Shown piece after piece: positions 32,795 to 41,389 of a DNA stretch of 64,000 nucleotides. The notes beneath the pieces are model-generated. The model was given only the letters and a program-made list of their open reading frames with translations, was not told the DNA's origin and did not search any database. Positions within the stretch are counted from its first letter, which is position 1. Each line of letters opens with the position of its first letter. A program made the position numbers and the translations under genes. This DNA is from an uncultured delta proteobacterium (GTDB taxonomy: Bacteria; Desulfobacterota; Binatia; UBA9968). The stretch is from NCBI GenBank assembly GCA_963847445.1, contig CAWJZV010000048.1:32001-96000 (forward strand), in the 5' to 3' direction.

Positions 32795-33319
32795 GTGGAG
32801 CAAATAATAACCAAACTTGAGGCAGCAATACGGCAGTTAGATTGTGCCATTGATCTATACTTCAATGAAAAAGATTCAGTGTCTATTCACACACTTGCCT
32901 GTGCCGCCCATCAAGTCATTCACAACATTAATAGAGACCAGAATGGCCCTGAATTATTATTTGACAATGTTGATACTAGAAAGCCAGGGGGAAAAGTCAC
33001 AAGACAATTACTCCACAAACATTACAACTTTTTTAAACATGCAGACAATGACCCATGCCCAAATTGTGGTGTTTGGTTCGACAATGAAATAACCGACATT
33101 TTTCTGCTGTCTGCAATAATCGGAGTTTACTACATATGCGGATCAATCAATAAACTTGAGACTGCGTTCATCGTTTATTTCCAGATCAGAACTGGTGATT
33201 TTCTCTCTCAAGACATAGTCAAGATGGTCACGGATGACATCAATCCTAAATTTAGACAAGCGCTTGTCGGTCTCAACAAGCGAGATTATTTGCGGAGTTT
33301 TTTGGAGTCTATGGGATAA
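32795..33319 (+). CDS. AT-rich hypothetical protein, probable gene-cassette ORF (possibly HEPN-like)
   Basis: Intact 174 aa ORF with atypical composition; ITKLEAAIRQL, SIHTLACAA and NFFKHAD motifs; followed by an attC-like site. Confidence 0.75.
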   Translation: MEQIITKLEAAIRQLDCAIDLYFNEKDSVSIHTLACAAHQVIHNINRDQNGPELLFDNVDTRKPGGKVTRQLLHKHYNFFKHADNDPCPNCGVWFDNEITDIFLLSAIIGVYYICGSINKLETAFIVYFQIRTGDFLSQDIVKMVTDDINPKFRQALVGLNKRDYLRSFLESMG

Positions 33320-33344
33320 CATAATCAAACCTCAGAAGAGAATC

Positions 33345-33410
33345 GTATAACGACCGCATTAAGGCCGACGCCAGCGAGCTTGGCGGCGCGGCTTATGCGG
33401 AACGTTAGGC
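33345..33410 (+). mobile_element. attC-like integron cassette recombination site 1
   Basis: GTATAAC ... GTTAGGC ends; inner stem ccgcatTaagGccg / cggcttatgcgg with two unpaired bases; 66 bp. Confidence 0.85.
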
Positions 33411-33432
33411 ACACAAGCAATATTCCGATAGA

Positions 33433-33725
33433 ATGCGGATGTGGCCCAAGCTACTATTAACCGGACTTCGTGACTTGATCCGTTCTCTGAACTATGCCGT
33501 GTCTATCCATGCGGCGGAGGAACTTGACGATGACAATCTCACCATCCTCGATCTCGAAAACATTATCCTCACGGGCGCGATCGTCGAGCGCCAGCGCGAC
33601 CGGCAAACGCGCGAAGTCAAATATATCGTCCGAGGCACATACGCTCAGCGATCGTCCCCGCCGAAGCAGTCGTCAAGATTGCCACGGACGGAACTCTCTT
33701 CGTCATCACGGTCTACCGCGCCTAA
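33433..33725 (+). CDS. DUF4258-like toxin (indels), cassette gene
   Basis: SIHAAEELDDDNLTILDLENIILTGAIVE...KYIVRG, with stitched end LFVITVYRA*. Confidence 0.75.
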
Positions 33726-33969
33726 GCTGCGCTGTGCCGCGTGTGGGCGGACAGGGGTGCAACAGTCGAGAAGGTCACCCGTAGCTTTGGTCGTGGGCCA
33801 TCGCTGCTCGTAATTGAAGGGTATACCGCTCTGGTCGTGCCCGCACTGTGGGGAGTCGTACTTTACGGCCCAGACCCTGCACGAGATTGAGCGCATCAAG
33901 ACCCTGCGCAAGGCGGTCGCGGTTGAGCGGCGTGTACCGGTAGCGACATTCCAGGAACTCAGTGCCTAA
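33718..33969 (+). CDS. YgiT-type zinc finger / MqsA-like partner protein, cassette gene (start uncertain)
   Basis: Manual translation: RCAACG...TRSFGRGPSLLVIEGIPLWSCPHCGESYFTAQTLHEIERIK...ELSA*. The stop codon lies inside GCCTAAC. Confidence 0.75.
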
Positions 33970-34064
33970 CAAACGCCGCGCACGATGACCACCGCCCGTT
34001 TGCGGATGCTGCTGAACCTGAACAGACTCGTTTAAGCGGCGGCCCGTGACGGCAAACGTTAACC
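33964..34064 (+). mobile_element. attC-like integron cassette recombination site 2
   Basis: GCCTAAC (exact complement of the upstream GTTAGGC) ... GTTAACC; arms gccgcgcacg/cgtgacggc and ccaccgc/gcggcgg. Confidence 0.75.
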
Positions 34065-34129
34065 GATCGAGAGAGATGTAGAAGAGACCAATTAAAGGAG
34101 ACTCTTGTTCTAGCTCACAACTCAACGAA

Positions 34130-34478
34130 CACTGATTAGAGATTTCTTCGCCGGCCATTCGCTGAGCCCATGGCAGTTGCTACAGAACGCGCCGCCGACG
34201 AGTTTCGGTCGCGAAAAAACCTCTTACGCTGCGAGGCGAGCCTCCTGATTTCAGTCGCATTCGCTGCCCGCTCTGCAAATGGCAACCGAAACCGTCGCAC
34301 CGCTGGTTCTGCGGGCCTTGTGAGTCATCCAGAATATTTTGCCGATGGCTGCGGCGAGTGTTGGAATACCTTCAGCACGCGTGGTCGCTGTCCTGGTTGC
34401 GCGCACCAATGGCGCTGGACGGCGTGCTTGAATTGCGCGGGCTGGTCGTTGCACGAAGATTGGTACGTGGGCAAATGA
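34130..34478 (+). CDS. Small Cys/Trp-rich protein with five CxxC motifs (indels; start uncertain)
   Basis: Stitched: IRCPLCKWQPKPSHRWFCGPCEHPEYFADGCGECWNTFSTRGRCPGCAHQWRWTACLNCAGWSLHEDWY. Confidence 0.7.
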
Positions 34479-34486
34479 AGATATTT

Positions 34487-34629
34487 TCTCGCCAAGGCGC
34501 AAAGACGCCAAGTGACGGGCGGAGCCCGTCATCCCGAGCTGAAGCGAGGGATCTAAGATAGTTTTCCCTTTGGTCGAAATGACATCTTTATCCGATCTTT
34601 GCGCCTTGGCGCCTTGCGGGAGAAATTCT
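34487..34629. repeat. Composite palindrome: CGCCAAG/CGCAAAG arms enclosing a GTCAT...ATGAC element
   Basis: cgccaaggcgcaaagacgccaag ... ctttgcgccttggcgccttgcgggaga flank cgtcatcccgagc...ggtcgaaatgaca. Confidence 0.75.
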
Positions 34630-34664
34630 TATAATTCGCTGGCCTGGCAGGAGTCCAGCCTCTC

Positions 34665-35525
34665 TCAGAATTCCTCCCGCACGCGCAGATAACTGGCAAA
34701 ACGCGGCACGCCGGTATTGGTCAGGCCGCGATAGGTGTACGTAATCGTCGTGCCCACCGACGGTGGCTTCTTTCTGACCTCATCGGTGAAGCCCGGTGCC
34801 GATCAGAAACACCTTGGCTTCGGGCGTGCGCACGCGCAGCGCGCCCATCATTCCTGTGTATTTCCCCTTGCCGGGAACATGCTCGATCACCACGGCTTCG
34901 GTATCTTGCAGCGGCTTTAACTTGAACAGCGCATCGCTGCGGCCGGTCACGTAGGGGGCAGTCGGCCAAATGCAGCATCAGCCCTTCGCCGCCGCCGCGG
35001 ACGACTTCATCTAACTTCTTTTTCAGCGCGGCGCGGTCAGCGACGCGGAATTGTTCCACGGCAACCAACTGCGGCGATTGGGCCTTGGCGGCAATTTCCC
35101 GTATGCGCTGGGCGCGCCCGGCAAACGTCCCCGGCGCATTGGGCAGTTCGAAGATCATGTATTTGATCCGACGCCACTCTGTCGTCTTGCGGTTCGGTTT
35201 TGCGCACGATACCGGAAAGCGTTTCGAATTGACCGCGGCCGATCCATAGCTCGCCATCGAGCGGCTCGGCTGGCAGCTTGGCAATAAACCACGCCGGCGC
35301 ATTGACCGGCCGGCCGCTGCGAAAGCGCAGCTCCTTGCCGTCCCACAGGGCGCGCACGCCGTCGTACTTTTCACTGATAAGATATTTGGCGGGATCGATC
35401 TGTGGCCTAAGCTCGTTGGCGAGGAGCAACGCCGGTGCATTCGCCGCTTTGACAAAGCCGGCGCCATTGAACGAAGCAGTGAACGTGCAGATCGCCAGCA
35501 ACAACCAAAGCTTAAACAACTTGAG
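34665..35525 (-). CDS. Minimal ATP-dependent DNA ligase with signal peptide (LigE-type), indels; start approximate
   Basis: Hydrophobic N-terminus, SEKYDGVRA (KxDG), LDGELW, GEGLML and OB-fold end YRGLTNTGVPRFASYLRVR. Confidence 0.88.
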
Positions 35526-35599
35526 CCCCCGCGAAACACCGCAAAGTGCAATTTGAAATCTGTAATTTGCCATGCGGCATGGCGCAATCCGCCATGCCG

Positions 35600-36980
35600 C
35601 TACGCTTCGTCCATCTCGTCGCGACTGCCGTATTCGTCGCGCTCGGTGTAGTTCTCGAAGCGGGTGAATTCGCCGATGAACGTCAGATCGATGGCGCCGG
35701 TGGGGCCGTTACGCTGTTTGGCGATGATCACTTCGGCTTTGCCTTTCACATCGTCGTTGTTCTTGTTGTAGACCTCGTCGCGGTAGATGAACATGATCAC
35801 GTCGGCGTCCTGTTCGATGGCGCCGGACTCGCGCAGGTCGGACATCTGCGGGCGGCGCTCGGAGCGGTCTTCCAGGCGCCGGTTGAGCTGCGACAGCGCG
35901 ATCACCGGCACGGAGCAGTTCTTTGGCGAGAGCCTTCAGCGACCGGGATATTTCTGAAATCTCCTGCTCACGGTTGTTGGCGTTACCCATGCCGCGCATG
36001 AGCTGCAAATAATCGACGACGATGAGGCCGACTTTTTTCGACCGGTCGCGCACCAAACGGCGCGCTTTGGCGCGCAGTTCCAACACCGATATCGCCGGCG
36101 TGTCGTCGATATAGATCGGCGCCTCGTGAAGCTTGCCGGCGGCCTTGGCGAGCTGGGGGAAGTCGCGCTCGCCCAAGTATCCGGAGCGGACTTTCGAGCT
36201 ATTGACCCGCGCTTCGGAGCAAAGCATGCGCAAAACCAACTGCTCCTTGCCCATTTCAAGCGAAAATACCGCGGCGCCGACGCCGGTGTAGGCGGCGTTG
36301 GTGGCGATGTTGAGGGCGAAGGCGGTTTTGCCCATGCCGGGCCGCCCGGCCACAATGATCAATTCCGAAGGCTGCAATCCGGCGGTAATCTTGTCCAAGT
36401 CGTCGTAACCGGTGGACACGCCGGTGATCATTTCCTTGCGTTGGTAAAGCTTATCGATGGTCTTGAGCGTCTCGGTAATCATATCGCCGACCGCGACGAA
36501 GGACTGTTTTATTTTCTTTTCAGAGATATCGAAGATGACTTTTTCGGCAGTGTCGAGAAACTCATCGACATTGCCCTGCTCGTCGTAGCCGCGCGTGGCG
36601 ATCTCGGTGGCCGTCGAAATCAAATTGCGCAGAATCGCCTTTTCATGAACGATCCGGACATAGAAGGCGATGTTGGCCGCCGTCGGCACGAAATCGGCCA
36701 GCGACGCCAAGTAAGCGCTGCCGCCCACCGATTCCAGTTCGTTCTTGGTTTTAAGAAACTCGCTCAAGGTGATCAGATCCACCGGCTCGCCGCGATCGGT
36801 GATCTCGATCATGGCGCGCATGATCCGGCGGTGCGACTCGCGGTAAAAGTCCTCCGGGCGCAACGTCTCCAGCACCACGTTGATCGCTTCGTTCTCCAAC
36901 AGGATGCCGCCCAGGACCGACGACTCCGCCTCCAGGTTTTGCGGGGGAATCTTGCGCAGATTATCTTCTAAGGCAGCCAT
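35600..36980 (-). CDS. dnaB: Replicative DNA helicase (indel near 35915)
   Basis: [41 protein letters not shown] and KQRNGP motifs. Confidence 0.97.
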
Positions 36981-37200
36981 GGACGGTTTTCGCTTCGCAG
37001 TGCTAGGTCAGTGCCGATGCACCATAACAGAAAAATTTTGTTTCACGAATCTAATTTAATAAAAACTAAAAAGCAAGAAAAAATATTGCGCATTTGGCGG
37101 AATCAATGCCGTCAAAATATCCGCCCGGATTTTGGGCAAATCGGTAAAATAAATGAATGTCCGAGGCGACTCGGCCATTTTGATAAAATTAAAAACAACT

Positions 37201-37219
37201 TGTGAACAACTTACTCACA
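37201..37219. promoter_or_regulatory. Inverted pair of DnaA-box-like 9-mers in the AT-rich region upstream of dnaB
   Basis: TGTGAACAA-c-TTACTCACA; each differs from TTATCCACA at two positions. Confidence 0.45.
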
Positions 37220-37278
37220 ACCTATGCAGCGGCGAGAAATTTCACCGCGACCCCGGCGGTTATGAGAAAGATGCGAGT

Positions 37279-37635
37279 CTAGGGCTGCTGGTAGGTGGCG
37301 GTCACCGTGGTATGAATGCCGCCGCGCACATTGAAATCGCCGACCACCGTCATCTTGCGCGGCTTACAGGCAGCGACCAAGTCGTCGAGAATCTTGTTGG
37401 TCACGGCTTCGTGAAAGGCACCTTGGTTGCGATAGGACCACAGGTAGAGTTTGAGCGACTTGAGCTCGAGGCAAATCTTATCCGGCACGTAGGTAATGCG
37501 GATCGTGGCGAAGTCGGGCTGGCCGGTCCTGGGGCAGACACAGGTAAACTCGGGGCACTCCATATTGATTTCAAAGTCGCGCTCCGGCCGCGGATTGGCA
37601 AAGGTCTCTAATTCCAGACTCGCTTGGGTCGTCAT
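37279..37635 (-). CDS. queF: NADPH-dependent 7-cyano-7-deazaguanine reductase
   Basis: [28 protein letters not shown] and FNVRGGI motifs. Confidence 0.95.
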   Translation of the reverse strand: MTTQASLELETFANPRPERDFEINMECPEFTCVCPRTGQPDFATIRITYVPDKICLELKSLKLYLWSYRNQGAFHEAVTNKILDDLVAACKPRKMTVVGDFNVRGGIHTTVTATYQQP

Positions 37636-37756
37636 GAAAGTATCTTATCGCACCGTAATGCCATTGCAATTCGGCCACTTACCTTGACTCTAAAAAACTC
37701 GGATGATAACACCATGGAGCCTTGAGTGAATCCTATCCGAGATCGGAGTTGCCATC

Positions 37757-38542
37757 ATGAAAGAACCCAAAGCCGGTGAAAAACTAAGCGAGCAAGAAGC
37801 CAAGGAGTATGTCGATTCCTTGTATAAAGCGCTTTACAAATACGCCCACGAGAAGATTTACAAAGGCGCGTTTATGACCCAGCTGCGCGACGGCAAGCTG
37901 CCCTTGCCGGTCATGCGCCAGTTTTTCAAGAACTGGGGCCATTTCTCGATGGAAGTGAACGCGCTCAACGCGGTCTCCTATTACACCCATCTGCCGTTCT
38001 TCGTGCGCCACTTCGATCTATTGGGACCGTTCTGCGCCAAGATCGCCGACGAATTGATCTCGCCGAAAGCGCCGGGCCATGTGCTGGTGCTGCTGCAAAC
38101 CGCCGAGAAGATGGGCTTGAACAAAAAAGAAATGCTCGAAGATCCCTACTTGCCGGCGGCGCGCGCCATCAACGACTTCTGCCACAAGATTTTTATCGAC
38201 GGCTCCATCGTCGAACTCTGGGGCCTGCATGTTTTCGAAGAATCGTTATCGATGTGGTCCGGCCAATGGTTCACCGCGCTGACCACCCACTACGGCTTCA
38301 GCAAAAAAGACGCGATTTATTTCTCCACCCATGAAGAAGCCGACATGGACACCCACAAGTTGGGCGACAGCGATGAGGAAGCGATGGGCCATGGCGCGTT
38401 CAACCGCACGGTGCTCACCCGCGCCTTGCAGGAGAGCGTCGAGTTTCGCGCCGGCTATACTTTGGAATACTGCGCCATGACCATGGTCGACCTGCACGCG
38501 CAGATGAAGCAAGCCGCGTTAGATTATCCTTACAATCCGTAG
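37757..38542 (+). CDS. Heme-oxygenase-like (TenA/PqqC/CADD) iron-containing redox protein
   Basis: Helical 261 aa ORF with DE-x7-GH, FEE and YFSTHEEAD...H putative metal ligands. Confidence 0.7.
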   Translation: MKEPKAGEKLSEQEAKEYVDSLYKALYKYAHEKIYKGAFMTQLRDGKLPLPVMRQFFKNWGHFSMEVNALNAVSYYTHLPFFVRHFDLLGPFCAKIADELISPKAPGHVLVLLQTAEKMGLNKKEMLEDPYLPAARAINDFCHKIFIDGSIVELWGLHVFEESLSMWSGQWFTALTTHYGFSKKDAIYFSTHEEADMDTHKLGDSDEEAMGHGAFNRTVLTRALQESVEFRAGYTLEYCAMTMVDLHAQMKQAALDYPYNP

Positions 38543-38825
38543 CGCGGCCAAGCTCCAACGGGAAATTCGCAATATCTCGCGCCAAAGCATCGCGAATAGC
38601 AAGCGTAGACGATACTCGGCGGCGATTCATGAATTCGCCCGCTCAACTTGGCGTTCATTGGCGAAGAATACCGAATGCCGAGCGTTGTCCACCGGCAAAT
38701 TTTCACGGCATGGCGAAGATATGTTATCGAGTCGCGCTCGCCAGTGGCATTCAAATAACGGCCTGCACGAGTCTAATCGGGCACGACAAGCAACTGCACG
38801 AAATCTCCGGTGCCTGGAAGACTAG

Positions 38826-40554
38826 ATGACCGATAGCGAACTCATTCCCTTACGCTCGATCCTTGCCGAGTTGGCGCCGCAAGGCCGTCCTGCACTCCTG
38901 CCGGCCTTGCACGCGGCCCAGCAGCTCTATGGCTCGCTATGCCGAACCGGTTGCGGCAGAAGTGAGCCGCTCCCTGGGCGTGCCCCTCGCCGATGTCTAT
39001 GGCGTCATCGATTTTTACGCGATGTTCTACCGCCAACCGGTTGGTCGCACCGTGGTACGCGTATGCAGCGCGCCGGTATGCGCTCTTGCCGGGGCCGACA
39101 CGGTAGCGGACGCACTGTGCCGCCACTTGCAGATCGAGCCCGGGGCAATCAGCTCGGATGGCGCGTTCACCGTCGAGCATGCCCCCTGCTTGGGCTTGTG
39201 CGACCACGCGCCGGCACTGCTTGTCGGCGAAAGCGCCGTTGGTCATGCCGATGCCGAGCAAGCAGCGACGATCTGCGCGCCAAACGCGCACAAGCCAGTG
39301 AGCTTTGTCGGCGGCGATATTCGCATCCTGACGAGCAATTGCGGCCAAGGCCATCCCACTTCTCTGGCCGACTACCAGGCGCGCGGCGGTTATGCCGGAC
39401 TCAAAAAAGCCTTGTCGATGACGCCGCCAAACTGTGCTCGCCGAAGTGAAAGCAGCGGGGTTGGTCGGCCGCGGCGGCGCGGCATTTCCCACCGGCGTCA
39501 AATGGGAGGGCGCAGCCAATGCGCCGGGCCAACCCAAGTATATCGTCTGCAACGCCGACGAATCCGAGCCCGGCACATTCAAAGACCGCATCCTCATGGA
39601 AGACGACCCACACCGCATCATCGAAGGAATGATCATCGCAGCCCGCGCCGTGGGCGCCGAGTCGCGGTTACATCTACGTGCGCGGCGAGTATCCTTACGC
39701 CTTCAAGGTCATGAGTGAAGCCGTCGCCGAGGCGCGCCAGGCCGGCGCCATCGGCGAAAATATTTTCGGCTCTGGATTGAACTTCGATATTGAAATGCGC
39801 TTGGGCGCCGGCGCCTACATTTGCGGCGAGGAAACCGCGCTGTTGGAATCCATCGAGGGCAAACGCGGCTTGCCGCGCATCAAGCCGCCGTTCCCCACCA
39901 CCCACGGCCTATTCGGCAAGCCCACCGTCATCAACAACGTGGAAACTTTCTGCAACGTCCCGCTGATCGTCGAACGAGGCGCCGCCGAGTATCGGAAAAT
40001 CGGCACGGAGCGCTCGCCCGGTCCGAAGCTGTTCTGCGTCTCGGGCCAGATACAGAAGCCCGGGCTTTACGAGGTGCCGTTCGGCGTCACCTTGCGCCAT
40101 CTGTTGTTCGATCTCGCCGGCGGACTGAAACCGGGGCGCAAACTTCAAGCGGTGCTCATGGGCGGCGCCGCAGGCGCATTTGCCACCGAGAAAGATCTGG
40201 ACGTGATCTTGTCCTTTGAAAACCTGCGCGCGGCGGACTTGCCCCTCGGCTCCGGCGCGGTCATGGTCTTCGACGATAGCGCGGACCTGCGCGACGTGCT
40301 CAAGCGGCTGGCGCACTTCTTCGCCGACGAAAGCTGCGGCAAATGCTATCCCTGCCAGCTCGGCACGCGGCGACAGTATGAGATTCTTGAGCGGAGCGCG
40401 GCGGGCCATTCCGCTCACCGGCGACCGCGAACGCTTATCGGACGTGGGCAACACAATGATCGACGCATCCCTATGCGGCCTCGGCCAGACCGCGCCGACG
40501 GCGATATTGAGCGCGATGAAGTTGTGGCCGGAGATGTTTGATGCGAAGAAATAG
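38826..40554 (+). CDS. Fused NuoE-NuoF-like (FdsG/FdsB-like) NAD-binding diaphorase subunit (indels)
   Basis: VCSAPVC and CLGLCDHAP (2Fe-2S); [27 protein letters not shown] and ESCGKCYPC. Confidence 0.88.
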
Positions 40555-40558
40555 GACT

Positions 40559-40636
40559 CACCACGAAGACACGAAGATCACGAAGTTCGGAATTTAATTT
40601 AACCGAAACCTTCGTGTCCTTCGTGCCTTCGTGGTG
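40559..40636. repeat. Complete CACGAAG x3 / CTTCGTG x3 palindrome
   Basis: caccacgaagacacgaagatcacgaagttcgg-loop-ccgaaaccttcgtgtccttcgtgccttcgtggtg inside the FDH operon. Confidence 0.9.
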
Positions 40637-40686
40637 CAATACTCCGGGTGCTTGATCGATGCACATCATTGTAGCAGGGACTACTT

Positions 40687-41389
40687 ATGGCAGATGTAAC
40701 TCTCACCATTGACGACGAGCCAGTCACCGTCGCCGCGGGGACGACGATTCTTAAAGCCGCCGAGCAGCTCGGCCGGCAGATTCCGACCATCTGCTATCAC
40801 GATCACTGCACGGCCAACGGTCTGTGCCGCATCTGCGTGGTCGAAGTCGACGGCGTCAAACCGCTGGTGCCGGCGTGCTTGAGCCGGGTGAGCGAAGGCA
40901 TGAAAGTCTCGACGTCGAGCGCCCGCGCCGAGCGCAGCCGCCGCACTATTCTGGAAATGCTCGACTCGGCGGTGGATCTTTCGCAGGCGCCGGAGATTCA
41001 AAAATTGCTGGATGAATATCACGCCGACCGAGCGCGCTTTCCCGACGCCGAACGGCGCGAGCATGCCGGTGCTCGATGACAACCCGATGTACATCCGCGA
41101 CTATTCCAAGTGCATCCTGTGCTGGCGCTGCGTGCAGGTGTGCGCCGACGACGCCCAGTACACCTACGCGATCAACTTCACCGGGCGCGGCTTCGACACC
41201 GCCATCGGCACCTTCTTCGACAAGCCCATGCCGGATACCACCTGCGTCTTCTGCGGCCAGTGCGTCGGCGTCTGCCCCACCGGCGCGCTCAAGCCCAAGC
41301 GCGAGTCGCTGCTCGAGCAGGGATTCGACTCGAATGAAATCATCCAGGCCACCAGAGGCGGCAAAAAGCGCCGGAGGAAATCGCCATGA
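40687..41389 (+). CDS. 2Fe-2S/4Fe-4S electron-transfer subunit (NuoG/FdsA N-terminus-like), indel
   Basis: [24 protein letters not shown] and [16 protein letters not shown] motifs. Confidence 0.9.

Noticed and set aside
30966-34660. Complete integron (intI/attI), prophage or IS in the hotspot
   Set aside because: No tyrosine recombinase, transposase or phage gene is visible, and I found no convincing attI.
17752-37635. Deazapurine pathway linking the three-subunit hydratase to queF (ToyJKL-like)
   Set aside because: The genes are about 18 kb apart with housekeeping operons between them, and no other que/toy genes are present.
38770-38820. Sigma-54 promoter or NtrC site upstream of FDH
   Set aside because: The GGCAC and TGCAC half-sites do not match the required -24/-12 or dyad spacing.
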